From assembly GCA_036172245.1 (NCBI GenBank), contig JAYWIR010000001.1:4836001-4900000 (forward strand): DNA of 64,000 bases, written 5' to 3'. The DNA comes from Raillietiella orientalis. Its lineage: Eukaryota. Positions 1 through 14,200 of the stretch are shown here, piece by piece. A model generated the notes under the pieces. The model worked only from the letters and a program-made list of their open reading frames with translations. It had not been told where the DNA came from and ran no database searches. Every line of letters begins with the position of its first letter. Position 1 is the stretch's first letter. A program made the translations under genes and the position numbers.

Positions 1-140
1 GGGGGTTTCCGGCTGCTTTCACCAGTGCCGCACCCAAATCCTGTAGGCCAACCAGCGTCGTTCTGCCTGGGTGGACTCCAAACAAACGACGCACCCATTT
101 CTCGAAGCGTCGGACCTGTACGGGTATTCGAACCCGCAGC
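1..140 (-). mobile_element. tRNA-derived SINE family A, 5' part (continues off the left window edge)
   Basis: Collinear with 27690-27825, 48600-48730 and 54402-54510 (ccagtgccgcaccc...aggccaaccagc...gacgcacccatttctc...ttcgaacccgc); B-box-like GGTTCGAA on the minus strand near 123-136. Confidence 0.85.
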
Positions 141-2347
141 TCTTTACGGAAAATCTAGAAGGCTGCCCTCATATCCTGTCTGACAGAAAACAAGGGCAGC
201 AAATGGGCTCAGCAAATCCAGGGTATTCTTCCGTCAGATGAGATCCCCAAAAACTAGAAATGAGAATTACACGTTGTGGAGAAGTGTCTCAATGGTCAGT
301 ATAAACATACTGAAAAGACATGTTCCAGGAAATTCGTCTCAAAGAGAAACTGCCACTTTTATTACATCATGAAGTGCTGGATATTATTACACTACGAACT
401 TGAAAATTTAGCAATAAATCCATCGAGGGTATGTGGAAGAAGAAGGTAGCAGGTAGAAGAAGATCCTTGCATTAGGAGTTGTGGAGACCAACGTCCAGCA
501 TCGACGAGTGTGCGGCAACATCAGTTGAGGCTGCAGTCCCGCCGACTCGGTTGCTTTATCTGCTGGCTCTATAAACAGGTCTTGGCGCGTCCGTTAAAAC
601 AACCCTTCCCTCAAATGGTCAAAATATTCGAAAAACAGGAAAAGCACCAAACATTGGAAAGCATTTGAAAAATGGATAGCAGTCACTGTTTCCAGTTTCG
701 TGTATAGGAGGACTCCTACGGCACTGATTTCGCTTTATAACCCAATGTCGAGCTTTTCAGAGAAATGGTCCTGCCAGACTACAAATCGGACTGCAAATTA
801 TTTATGCTGTAGGTCCAGCCGCTGTGCTCAATAGAACGGCGCTTCATCAGGCAGAAGATTTCACCGGATTCGCTTCTTTTTGCAAAGGCCGATATACTAG
901 GATACTAAGACATTACGTACTAAGATATACTAAGACAGTACTACTTTGAGGCGTCTGCTGCGCTTTTAGTGTTTCTTCGACCTTGAGGACTTTTTGGAAA
1001 GGCAGCTCCGCACTCTCGGGACGAGAGGATGACGAATGTGGAGCTGAATGTATGACGAATGACGAATTCCCCATCTAAATAAGATGCACCATTCATCTTT
1101 TGGAATTAAGGGTGTTCGGTTTTCCGTCTCAAGGAATGACGAAAAGAAATGATGCACTAGTCAAACAACAGAAGGATTGCCTATGGAGGTTGTTCGAGGA
1201 GAGGCATGAACTTCCTCCATAATGAAATTCATGGATCTTTACTTTAAGCAGCCTTGACACAGCCGGCTTCCCGGCTATGCCCATGGATCTTCTCAGTATT
1301 CATTATTTTAGTATTTGTTCCCAATAGAACACATGTTTACGGCCATAACCGCGCCACCTGAAATCGATGGCCAATGGAAAACACACGTGATAAGTCGCAT
1401 AAAGATCAGACGATCAGCAACACACGAAGCCATCAATGTGGTAACATTCAGAGGTAGATTTCATACTTTTCAGGATAAATGGAAAACACCAATAGAATGA
1501 AAGAATGATCATGAAATGGAGCATTGAAAATCTACGCCATGTAAGCAGACTATTTATATTTTGTCATCACGATCACATATGGACTTGTAATTTCTGATCA
1601 AGCGTAAGAAGTCTTTGCTGCTGCTCTCTTGACTTGGCAGTGGAGGAACCATCCCGGGAGACATCAAGTTTGGTGGTGGAGGGATGGTTAGAGTGACTGA
1701 CAAGCCATCAGAATTCGGCGGACCTCCCGTGCGTAACGAGACGAAAAGTCGTACAAGCCGAGCAGGTGGCGCTGGAAGCGTTTGGACGCTGTGAAGACAG
1801 GCGTCTGGAAAGAGAATTAGGGTAGAATGAACGTTTCAGAGGTATCATGTGGGGGACACAAGATCTGGCGCGCACGAGAAAGAACAAAATCATCTCGAGC
1901 TCGCATGAAATTCAGCGCATGTCCTTGCTTAGCGTGGATGTGCCCCTTATTGCAAGTCTCCGGGATCGAAGGAAGACCATATCCTGCGCCGGGCACTTGT
2001 TCAACGTTGGTACCTTATATCTCGCGGTCTGCAGATGTATCCGCGCGGCACGACTCCCCTTTCTGCCCATGAAGGCATCGCTTGGCGCTGATCGCCTGTG
2101 AAGTGTGGAAGATGGAGATCATCTACAAGTCAAATCCTTAGTAGATGCATCAGCAGTCAGAGCTGATGGTCCCCATCTAGAAAGGATATTCTAAATTTCT
2201 GTGATCCGGTAGCCACTACGCAGGCTATTCCAGGGACAGGGTCCAAGTCTGGGCCAGATTTAGTGCTCCGGGGAGAAGGGAATTCATACTATGCACCTCT
2301 TGCCCTTTCGAGTACTCATCATCCCTGGAAGGGGTAAGGGAAGTACC

Positions 2348-2610
2348 GAGGATCGGTTCTCCAGCTCGACTCTAAAAGAGTGCCCTCTATCGTCAGAGCA
2401 ATTGTTCTGGGATACTTGGACAGATCTGGATATCCGGGAAACGATGAAATGTTAAGGGGATTTTTTTGTGCTCTTCCTGTTTTGGGGGGATTTACAATTC
2501 CCTTAACATTTCATCGTTTCCCGGATATCCAGATCTCCCCAATTATCCCAAAACAATCTCTCTTACGATGGAGGGCACTCCTTTAGAGGCAGGCTGGAGA
2601 ACCAATCCTC
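2348..2610. repeat. Long imperfect inverted repeat (111-bp arms, 41-bp spacer)
   Basis: 2348-2458 is the reverse complement of 2500-2610 with no indels and about 13 mismatches by hand count; the inner 37 bp (2422-2458 vs 2500-2536) are perfect. Confidence 0.95.
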
Positions 2611-3079
2611 CCTAAACAAGAAGAGCACAGAAAAGTGAGGGCGGGCTGGAACATCCCGCACTGCCGGACATGGATGTCTATGGGAAGCACCGAAAGGGTG
2701 ACTGTTCGTAACGGAAGAGCCTTTTAAAATCGCCGGAAGGGTTGAAGAGAGACACCGAGGCCAAGGTTGTGGGAACACTCCTCTTCGTTCGCTCCAATTC
2801 TCTGTCCAGCATCACTGTATGTACGAAACTTGAATAAACACGATGCTCTTGTATAATTGAGTTCTTCTTGGTTTTCTCGGAAATGATTGCTGATGTTTTG
2901 TTGACTACTTTTAGAGACAAATTCTCCATCCAGAGATCATTGTCGGACAATTTTCGTTTGCAATTTAACCGCTCGATTTATTTTTTCTGTTCAAGATGAC
3001 TTCTTGCTGCTCCCTGTGTGGTGCCTGACTCTGAATATGGAGGCGCATGGAACCTAAATATAAGGAGACCTAAAAAAAA

Positions 3080-3382
3080 CCTGGGAGAAGGTGCGGAGAC
3101 GACTCAACATGTTCATCTTCCGAATCCAGATTTGGGAGACGGTGAGGCAGGTTACAGGAAGGAGTCCTTCGAGATGATAAGGAAACGATCCTTTCCATGT
3201 CGAAGGACGATCTCATGGTGAGGGTAACATTCCTCATCACGAACACTGTAGTAAGAAGGTGGAACCTCCTCCAAGACGAGGATATGATGGCGATTAAAGT
3301 ACTCAACGGGCTGCGAAAGAAAGAAATAGGAATCTCGAAATTCTGGATTACCTGCATGCCTGGATACTCAAGTGCCTCTTGA
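3080..3382 (+). mobile_element. Possible decayed C-terminus of a non-LTR retrotransposon ORF2
   Basis: Interrupted frames read IWETVRQVTG...LITNTVVRRWNLLQ, loosely like the two-Trp helical end of L1/Tx1 ORF2. By-eye resemblance only. Confidence 0.25.
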
Positions 3383-6300
3383 GAAGGCTTCGGGTGGCTG
3401 GCCGAGTGCAAGGCAACACCCCATACTCCCATGTGAGACGATCGTGCAGGGAGGGATACGTTCCAGAACCGTGACCCCAGTTGCAAACTACTGCGTTCTT
3501 CTGAGGGTGAGGAGCTGGTTACCCATGGCCTTCCTTGCATGTGGTCTCTTCACCGGCTGTTCACACACCTCTGCCTGTCGGACTGGGAAAACTGATCGCT
3601 TTATTGAGGCTTTGCCTACAGTGAAAGGCTAAGAATCGACTGAGGTGTTGTATGCAAATCGGACGGTTGCATTTAGGTCATACACAAAGGTCATACAATA
3701 CTCCTCCAGTAGGAAGATTGCTGCTTCACAGTTACCTTTTGGATAAACAAATGCCATCTTCGCGGCGACGCCTCTTGGCATTTCCAAGCCGAAATGCATT
3801 CGCACTCTGGAGGAGGTACTGCCACGAAGATTCTTTTTAAGCTGATTGCGACTTGGAAAGTTTCTTTGCATGACAAGTTCGTGTTTATTTTGGATACCTC
3901 ACACGTGGGAAACGGATGTCATGCCGGCGGTGACGATCTCAGATGAAGCAACAGTTAAGAAGGAGCTATGTGTTACAAATCTCTCGGAACATGGATCCCA
4001 AGTTTGTGTGTTTCTGAGTGGGTCCCGGAATAGTCATGCAGCGCGTCAACCAGCAGGCTCTCTCTCAACCAAAAAGCTTTCTCCGCCGTATCTGTCTATT
4101 CCTTCCCTTCTCTTGAGCGATCTTTCGTTTGAGGTCGAAACTTTTGCTTCCTCTTCGTTCTACTTGCTGCAAATGCACCGCTGAAAGTCACCTCTGTTTT
4201 CTTGACGAGAGTTCCCTGGAATTTCATTGGGTATTTAAGCGAGGTTTGCTGAGAGGCAGCATCGTAGCCAATAGGATTTTCGCCCAGGAGCGATTTTTGC
4301 ACGCTGAAGACTTCAAGAGAGTAAGAAATCCGCAGTCTCGGGCACCGATGTTGAAAAAGCCTTCCTGAGATTTGGCGAATGGCAATGAGGAGAGCAAACA
4401 TTTCCATGGAACTGTTCTGCACAATGCAGATGCAGCAGCTGGAGTCGAAGATGGCCTTCAGGAGATGTGAAACATTTAATGCATATCCACATGTTGTTGC
4501 CAATGGAACACTTTACAATTTGCTTGCATGAAGACTTCCATTCAAAGGCTTCTTCTTATCCTTTTTTCACAAATCCCACAGTAAGGTGTTTTCTCAGAGT
4601 AAAGCAATAACCAGAAATTCCCTAAGCCCATCTGTGTTAACACACGTCTCATTACGGGTTATATGCCCAGCAAAGTTCCCTAATTCAACCGAAAGTCTTA
4701 GAGGTCTTTAATCTCTTGAAAAACAACAGCCAATCACTGACATCATTAATAAACATCAAATAATCAATTTCAAGACTGAAAGACCAATGCTTGCTTCTCT
4801 GCATGTCCAAAACGAGGTTTTCCTTAATCTCGGAATGGATTTACATCCGGAAAATCCAGTGAATGTTTACTCTTAATTGCATTACGTGTCGCGACAGAGT
4901 CCTGATTCCATAATATCTACGGCAATTTTTCCACTTCCTGGTCAATGAAACCTTTAGAATCTGCTTCGAACCCACAAACACCGAGCAAGTGTTTCCTCTA
5001 CATACCGAGGCCGGACGTATGTGAAATGATCTGCCGGGTTTGCGGGCTCTTTCGTACAAGAGTACAACATTCAAGTGGCTGGAAACGAACAACCATTAGA
5101 ATCAGTGGTCTCAAGATGAGGTGGAAGAGATGCGCAGAACATCTGCTGCCATTCCAAGAAATTTCCAATCTACGGTCATTCATTAGTTTCGATGGGTTGG
5201 TAGCTCCGCGGCAGTGCCTTGAAATTTTCGACCTTCCCATCGCATTTGCTTCAGGAGCGTTTCCGTTAATTTTCCCAGTTTCTTGTACCCCTATTTCCCT
5301 TCATTTTAGATTCATTGTGATAGCCCACTAGTTTGATAAATCGCTAATGATGTCACCAATCACGATAGCACACATACTTAACCTAAACGATCCTATAATT
5401 CTGCTCGCTTCAGCAAAGGAAGAAACTGAGGTGGGTAAAATTTTTGGCTATTCCATTTTGTACTTGTATATACAAATAATGGTTTCTTATCTAATTTTCG
5501 GATTGGCTCTTCTAGTGAAGGCGCATTTTTCTAGAACATCTGAGCACGCTTCTTCAATTACGTAACGAAAATTAAGAGGACTTTCCAACCATATCGGAGC
5601 ATGCAAACAAAAAAATAAGGTCTCATGGGACAGGAAAATTTAGAATAGTAGCTTTTCGCATTAAAAGCAAAAATGAAGTCATATTAACTGGTTACTCATT
5701 GATTAATTACGCTGAACGTTTTGAGGCTGGTGCCTTCCGATGTCATGTTTCCTTCGCTGCTCAGCAAGCTCAAAGAGAGAAAGAAAGATTTACTACAAAG
5801 ATAAGATCACACCTGCGAGCATCATTTTCACCACGACTTTTTGTAGGCAATCTGTTACTTTGCTGATCTTCTGAAGAAAAGCATACATCATGACCTTTTG
5901 TCTTAATTCTTAGCGGCATAGGAAGCACGACCTTCATCTCCGTACATACAGCTAGTGCAGAGATCGCCATGCCATTTTTTATGTAAACAAGAACTGTACG
6001 AGCATGCAAAAGGCCTGCCAGTACAACCAGCTTTCCGGTTTGGGCGAGCATTAGTGAGAGGACATGGAGATGTGCTCCTTCCAAGCTCGTTCTGAAGAAC
6101 GCAACCGAATGGAAAGATGCTAGAAGATAGCGCATCTTCCAGGTGCCTCCTTCTTAGAGGATTCGTGGACCCATCTTTCGACTGAAGGGAGTCAGCTAAT
6201 AGCAAATGCCACTCAACGCAGCACGATTTCTGAATGCAGAGCAGATGACTGGATTCTCCGAACTTTGCATAATGAGCTGTTGATAGTTTCCATTTCGGAG

Positions 6301-6868
6301 GTGTTACCGCTTTCCATCCCATCCCCTTGCACTTTGCTGAAAGGCTCACTGTGGCGTGTCGTCATGGCAGCTGGGCGTTGCATCGCAGTGCGTTTTCGTT
6401 TCTCTCCTTTCCAAGTTCCCATAGCGCACGATGCTCACAATCCAACAGGAATGAAATGGGCAGGTTCAGACTCCAGTCCGGTTGAATTTTTATAGATTTA
6501 GACGAAGCACCCGTTGATTCCCACCTTCTCTAAGAGGTAGTCAACTGAAGTGGACGGTGGGTCGACGATGCTACCTCAAAATACCCACTCTTAAGCAGGG
6601 ACTGACTTGAACTGAAGATGGAGAATGCGATGGAAGAATCGAACCTTTCCTAAGCACCTCGTCATTTTTCAGACACTTAGCGAGCAAAATTTTTCTCTGA
6701 GGTGAAATCATTCCGATGGTTCATGAATAAAAAATAAAATAAAATAAAGTCCGCCATGCGTTTCCATCAATTCTTTACTAAGAAGATGCTTTCTGCACAC
6801 CTCCTAACACGTTGATTGAGCATGACTTTAAAATGCATTCTATGCTATAGGATGCATCTAGAGGTCCC

Positions 6869-6886
6869 GTGTGTGTGTGTGTGTGT
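6869..6886. repeat. (GT)n microsatellite
   Basis: About 9 consecutive GT units read directly. Confidence 0.9.
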
Positions 6887-9800
6887 TTATGTATTAACTT
6901 CTTGATTCGGATTCATCTCCTCAATTTCAAAAAGCATCTCTTAAAAAATTGTGCGTAGTTCCTTTGAGATGAATATTTACTGGAGAGGTACATGAAGACT
7001 GGAAAGCACACGCGTTTCCCCGTTCGTGCACAAGTTGCATACAGTGATATACGCAAAACATTAATCCATCTGCTTCTTGCCTCTGGATTTATACAAACAA
7101 ATGTTCTCTTTCTTTCCAGATATCTGGATTTCAGCCCCATTCGTTACGAATGCAGAATAGAACCATGGAATGGTCAATAACGTCTCGCCTCGTATTATTT
7201 TATAGGAGGTGGGTGGTTTCCTTCTTACACTGCTAATAATATTCGCAAACGGCTTTAGAAGAGCGACTCTAAAGAATGCTCCATTTTTAATCAGCAAATG
7301 GAGTTGGCTGCGTATCTCACAAGGAGTAGAGTCTCTTCCGCTTTGGAAGAAGCCGTTTAATTCTCTTCCAAGGATTCAGTTAAACAACCTGTTCTGCAGC
7401 TCTCATTAATCGGCAAGGAGCGTTTCCTATTAGCTCCTGCTATCTGAAGACTCTGCTGTCAGCTTGCAGCCACGACTGCCTGCCTTCTCCTGCAGGTCCA
7501 CGGACCAGCGGCCGCTCGCGGAGTATGGGAGGAACGACGAAGTGATCCCGACATCTTCTTTCCATTTTTGAGAATCCAAACAGTGTGATATCGCTGCAAA
7601 GAAAATGTGGCAAAGTAATTCGATCCTCATTGAGAATCCTTTCTGAAACTTAAACCGGCGAGTTCTTTTGTCTTCGGAAGAGCAGTTTCTTCGAGGAAAT
7701 TGGATCTTCCTCTTTCTTGCTCGGCGAGCCAAAGGAATTTATGTGAGAATCGCGAATTGCGTCATAAACATGCTGTTAGAACAGCAGCGCAGTAGATGTG
7801 ATGTCAAGGTTTCGTGGAAAAAGACGGGTTCAGCAGAGAGACACACTTGGCATCATGATTGCTGCAGAGACATTCATCTGTGCACATACAGTTCGAATGC
7901 GAAGCGTGTTATCTACGGCTGGTTTCCGTCGGTGGTGAAGATGCCGGCTGATGCTGATACCGCAGCGTTCTCGTCAAAGGACGAAAAAGACAAGACGCGG
8001 AACAAAATCCTGCCAGATTCACGGTCGATTCAGCATGAGATCTTCGATGTGCAGAGGATTTTCATCTTTCTGACAGCAAAGTGGAAAATCCTGATGCCCA
8101 ATTTTTTTTTCCATCCCAGAACTGCAAGCATGTATCCAAAGATCGATGCAAATTTCTGGAAGATTCAGATGGAGTCCACCAGCGCATACTCCGTTTGTCA
8201 TGTCTGTGCTTGAAGGTTTTTCTCGTTTTCGAAATAGGCAGTTTCCGCGGTTCCCGGAGTTCCGATTGAAGATGATCTTAAACAGAATGTCGCTCTTGGT
8301 GCTTCGCCCCTCATCTTTTTTCTGTGCATATTCCTTTGCTTACATCCAGATTTCCAAGCTGCTTTATTTGAACACGAAGTCAAAAGGCCCTTCAGCAACC
8401 GCTTTTCGTTTGTTGTGGTTCTCTTAGCCTGGGGGTGGAGAAGCGGAATTGCGTCCATGAAATCATCGCAGGATGCTCCCGTGAATGCTAGCAAAGCGAG
8501 AGCAGAGATGGGATCTGAACGCAGCCCTCTCGGAATTTAGGAGGTGAAGGTCTTCAAGAGTGCCATTTTCAACAAGGATGGTTGTGCCACGCCGGTTGAA
8601 AATCGAAAAACATTTGGGCCCACCATGCTGCGTGACTTCAAACATCTATGATTCCCGCGGTCATTCGTAAAGGCTACGAATCATTTGCTCACTTTTCAGA
8701 CTTTCAGGTTTGGCCGATTTGTCTTCAGAATCTGCCCAGTATCTACGCAGACTTGATTCAGTGAGAACAAAAGAAATGCTAGGCTTCCAACAACAACCTG
8801 ACATCTGCTTCACGGGTTGCCCAGGTTCTTCTTGAGCTCTTGCTGTCCGCGTTAGAACTATCTCCAACTTCTCCAGAAAAATTTCACTCTGCAGAGCTTA
8901 ATCTTTTGTCGATGCAGGATGCGACGTTTTAGCATCTTCTGATTTTAGTAGCACTGGTATATTTAAGATAGCATTGGTTGCTCCCTCATACAATTGCCTC
9001 TGCTACAAGGAAACTGAAAAAACTCGTAGAATCCCGAATATCAGCTCCACTGATAACAGTGGCAACGAGCCCATAAGGATCCGTTATATTTTGTAGCAGG
9101 AGGAAAATACCGACGAGCTGAGTATCTACCGCATCAAGAACATGAAGTACGAGCTTATCCAAAAGATTAGGAAAGATATGGCCAGCTTGAAGCTGTCTAT
9201 TATGGAATGACAGTCACTTGGCCTGTCAAGGGTGAGTTCGGGACTGCTTCAATTTGCACCGTGATTATGGATGTGAGTAACCATCGCACAACTGAATTTC
9301 CAAAGTCTGATGAGGGGAAGAGTTCGTGGCACGAAGGTGGAGGAGGATTGTGAGGTTTCGGAAGTGGATGGGCTGCCTTGGCAACACCGAATTCTACGAT
9401 AGGAAGCCGCGGAAGAAATCCAGCTCGGAGAAACGAAGAGGGAGGCGATTCTCCGAACAGCGGAGGGATGGTCCATTTCAAGAGATCCGCGTGAGAAATT
9501 CACCAAAGAGGCAAAGAGAGAAGACTCTTGGAAGGTCCTCCGAAAATTAGGAGTGTCATTAGCGCGTCACACGAATGGTTGGTAATTATGACGCTGCCCA
9601 TTTCTTCCCAGCTTTCACCGTCCCAGCTTGACGCTGTAATGGTTTCTTTCTTTCACTGAATTTCAACCGAACCTCACGCCTTCAGCCGTTGTCTCATTGA
9701 AATTTCTTGAGGCGCGTTACGAAAACTGCGGCGGCTTTTCGAGTTCTCGTGGAAGAGTGCCGATCCCCACTCAACTCTGAGAGCACCTTCCCGGAAGTGG

Positions 9801-10565
9801 AATTTGGTGATTGAAGCATTTGGATGGACGGTGAACTCCCTCAAGAAATTTCCTTCTCCGTTTAGAGACGGCTTGCTCGGCGAAAGAGGTGAGCACGGGG
9901 ATAAACGCAGATCGATCTCAGAGCTCTTTTCCCGCTGCGGTCACCGGCGAGGCACCTGAACAGCTTCTTCGCGTAGCCCTCGGAAATCCAGTCCTCGAGC
10001 TTCACAGCTGCCGATTCAATAGGGAGCTGTACCATTCTGACAGCACCAGTGGAGTCCACCAAGTGACGCCCATTCCGAGAAGAAAGAGGCGTATTTCAGA
10101 ACGAAGGCAGCCGCACTGTGCAGCTCTGATTTCTTCGGTACCTTGGAGTTCTGGAAGAGCGCAGAGTGGCAGCATCGATTTCGAAGCGCTGACTCTGCTG
10201 ACGCAAACAACGATTCATAAGAACCCACCCTCTTGAAAGCACCGAGGTGCCGATGCAGTCCCCTGCCATGCAGATACCACTCGAGAGAATATCAAGAAGG
10301 TACCGTTTAACAAATGGTCCAATTTCACTGAATGCTCAGAATCCTCAAAACTTGAGAAACTATTTTACGTGCAATTTGGCAGCCGCCGTGCGTGAAGAGT
10401 TTCCTTCCAGACGCCAGAAGCCCCGATCCCGACTACAGCGCTCGCCATGCTTCCGTTCTTGTTTTTTTTTGTTTTTTTTTTTGTTTTTTTTTTCGCTCCC
10501 CTTAGGCCAGGCAGCTGCTGATCTCCATCTGTCTCGCGATCGAGAGCACTCTCCATGGGCCTCGA

Positions 10566-11285
10566 AATCGCGGCCTGCAGTGTCCGCGCGTAGCACCAAG
10601 CACTGTGGGTTCGAATTCCCACGTGGAGGAAACGAAGGGAAAAATGAATGTGTCGTGGGATTCCAATCCTCCTTTTCCGTAGGATGATGCTGGCTGACCA
10701 GCCGGCTTCAGGTGCAGCAATGATGTAATCCGGAAGCACCAGGATGCCCCGATGACTGGACGGGATTGGAACTTGACCCGCCGGGATTCTTCCAGTTACC
10801 AGGGAAACGGTTCCCCTTAGGGTTTCTTTCCGGGTTGTGAAAACGGAACAATCCCCTTCCTCAGTGGAAACCCCCAACGCGTTCCACAGAGCTGATGGAT
10901 ACCCTCCTCGAGGGTTGCTCCTTGAGAGTGTCAGAAACGCGCTGCTCCCTGAAGGGAGAGCCTTCACAGAAATTGGGAGGCGCCTCTTCAAGGTTCCTCT
11001 TCAGAGGAGGGAATCAGAAGAGGATGACTTTCGGAGAAGAAACAAGTAGTTCCTACTCCGGGGGGTCGCTCTGAAGAGAATAAGGGAGAGGTTTACTTTG
11101 GAGACAGCCAGAGTGAAAAATTCCTTTCGGGGTTCCCCTACCACGCGTAAGAGGAACCGACTCTTCCTTCCAGAGTCTTCCTGGATTCGTAGAGTGGTCC
11201 TTCCGGGATTATCCTCGTAACTTGAAGCGTTCCACGCACCTTCAAGTGTCGCAGACAGCGTTGAAGGCCTCCATGAGTCACCCCT
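10566..11285 (+). mobile_element. tRNA-derived SINE family A, near full-length copy
   Basis: Head with GGGTTCGAATTCCC at ~10607-10620; body and tail are collinear over ~700 bp with the reverse complement of 27150-27862 (e.g. taacttgaagcgttccacgcacc vs taacttgaagagttacgcgcacc). Confidence 0.9.
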
Positions 11286-14200
11286 TCCTTCTTTCCCTGC
11301 ATCTCTGCGTTACAAAGACCACGGAGAATCTTGGACCAAGAGTTCTTCGAATCTTCGTCTCCAGCCTGGGAGGGTTTGAGCGGATGACGGTCGTAGTCAA
11401 GGCAGAGGCGAAGACGCAGGATTACGAAACCCGAGGCGTCCCTTCGCCCGTGCCGCCATGTCCCACGGGGCCAGTCGCCATCTGCTCGCGCTGCGCTCTC
11501 GGCTTCCTCGGTGAGAGACCCGGGACGGAGCGATCAGGGATGGGAGGCAGCGAATGAGGACCTCCCCGATCCGGAAAGATAAATTTCAAAGACAGGGAAA
11601 AGGGGCCGGGTCCGCTCGAGCCTTTCCAGCTCCAGCGCACGGCAGGAGTGATCTCCGTCTCCGTCCACTCCAGCCCTGGGCCCGCGCCAATCGCTGGCGC
11701 GGAGCGGCGGCTTCGCGTACTCAAAGCGGCCATCCCGGGAAGCGCGGAGGCACTTCGGAAAGCGGGACCGGAGCGCGCTGCGAAGGGAAGCATCCCGGGA
11801 TGTGCAAACGTCGCGAGGTGAACCGAGCACCGCGTTGCGGTTCTCCACGAGAGGCCCTGCTGGTTGCCATGTACAGCAGTACAACAACGACCATGGAATT
11901 CGCAGGGTTTCCATTTCCATGGAAGGGTGTTCAGGACTCACCAGCCGATGCAGGTGGCCGAGAAGATGGGTGGTATTCGAGCGACCGGCCTCGGGGACAG
12001 AGCCGTTCCTGCCTTCTGGCTTTCGCCAGAGGGCAACGCGTTTCTGGCATCGGGGTAAGAAAAGGAGGAGGATGCAGTGGGATTCCGAGAGTCGGCGGCT
12101 AGGGTTTTGATAGTGGTAGCAAGCGCTCCCGCGAGATCCTGAAGCTCTGGAGGTGCAAAGGAGGACTCCGGGACTCCCAAAATTCGGCGCGAGGTGCAAA
12201 TTGGGGAGCTCCTTGAACTAGTGGGACGTCGCCGCATTTGCAGGAGCGTCGATCAAAGTCTGAAGCAACCCGTGCGGCCGATGCCGCGCTTCCTCCTCCA
12301 AGCCCCGCTGCCGAGGGGACGCATACGGGAAGAGAGAGAGTCCCTGCTTCCTTCTGCTCGCGAGCGCGCGGTCTTGGAGTTCCTCGAAAGGTTTCTCCCG
12401 GGTCAGGGCGCCCTGGGGCGGGAGCCACGGACGTGGCGCCTTGGCAAGCCAGTCCGGTGGCACCGGGCTCTCCGAGCAGGTCTTCGAGGGAGGCGAAGGA
12501 GCTATCCACGGGAGAATCCATTTCCGGGATGATCAGAGAGGGATGAATCATCTGGCCGCACGGACGTGCCTCCGCGGGAGAAACGGAGGCTGCTCCGCGC
12601 TCCCCATCGCGCAGCACGCGGCTCCAGACGAGAACCTTCTTTGTTCCACGGGAGAGCATTCTCTGCTTAAAGGACAATTAACGGAGATAAGTGATGCAAT
12701 CTGCTGCGGAGCCCATGGATGCTCTCAGATCGAATGACTTCTCCAGTGCACATAAAATTTTATTGTACGAGATGGAAGCGGGTTAATCTGCAGCAGGGAA
12801 TCGTCGGGAAGATTAGGCGTTCCTCCCATCCCCCTCCCCCCTCTCTCTCATTTTGCAGTCGAAGACGTGAAAAGAAAAACATCCTCGCATGATCATTTGC
12901 ACGTTGCCGGATGATTCGTTCACCTGCTCCTGGAGGATGCCCATGTTTCCACAAGCAGCATCCAAGCTCCAGGAAGACTTCATCTTCCTGACTGGAGGAA
13001 GCTCCGCAGAAGGTCACAAGGTCACCCAGAGTCTCGCGCAGCCAGGGCCAGCTCTCGCACTTCGCCGCTCGTCTGAAAGCCTCTGGTTTCAGGGATTCTC
13101 CCTCGATTCTTGGCAACTTAACCCCCTCACGATCCGATGCAGAAACGGAGCTCCCCGCTGAGGCTGTGGTTCCATCGCCTCTTGGCGCTGCTACCCCACT
13201 ACCCTCTCTTCTACTTTTCTCCCTTCTGAAAGCAGGAGCTCCCATTTCCCTGTCTGTCGCCGTAAGATAGGGACCATGCCTGACTGTCCGAGTCGGGTCA
13301 TGATCCGAAAGCTAGTGAACTGTGCCTGGCGACGACAAAGCCAGAGGGCACTCTGGCGGAGGTAAGCGGCGGGTCCAGACGTGCTGATTGGTCGTGAGAG
13401 CTGGGTGTTGGGGCAAAAGACGAATCGAAACGGGCAGCACCGTTTCTCTGTTCTTCGTCTAAAGGGCGGAAGACTTGAAGAGGATCGGTGCTCATCAGAA
13501 CAATTCCTCTTCAGCGAAGGTCAAGTGAGATCCGATGGCTAAAGGTTCACCCCATATTGTAGGAATCAAGGCGCTACCGATGAGAACCACGCTCATGAGG
13601 AACCATGCGGATGGGAGGTTCCGAAGATGGATGGTATGGAGGAGCACTCACGCGCATCATCACTGCACCTGCAGCCAACCTCCAGTCACAAAGGGTAACA
13701 CGAACCCAAAAGGCAGCTTGCAAAAAATAGGACTGGTGACCTAAAGCTATCCTATTCCCATCTTGGACCCTCTGCACGGATCCAGCTTGCTTCTGCAAGG
13801 AGAGGGATGATGAGAGATGATTTCTGTTTGCAAATGCCGCTTGCACCATTCAGAGCTCTCCAGCGGCCTTGGAGGCGGCCAACAAGAGAGAGGAAGCAAG
13901 GGCAGACAGCTGGGTCTCCACTTCTCGGATGGAGGAGCCCATGAGCCAACAAGGGCACCCATCGCAAAACCTTTAGGATTCTCTCTCAGGAAAGCTCAAG
14001 AAACCGCGGCGCTGATGGAACATGTCTGAAAGGAGCCGGTGCCTTCCGAGGTCCAGCTTACTCGTAGCGTCTTCTGGGACCATCTCCTGGAATTTAAGAT
14101 TGTAACTCCGTGGAATAGGCGGTGGAAATCTAGAAGAAAACGGAGATTTCTTTGAGGCTGGGGAAAAGAGAGGCCCGGTGAATCTGGAGACGTTTCGGAC

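Noticed and set aside
11452..11516. Perfect Kozak GCCGCCATG with a short frame ending at GTGAGA, as a possible first exon
   Set aside because: I could not link any downstream exon or recognise the peptide; one such motif in GC-rich DNA is not enough.
11422..13245. Cluster of 120-220 aa ORFs on both strands
   Set aside because: Overlapping Arg/Ser/Pro/Gly-rich frames are typical of high local GC; no clearly recognisable domain.
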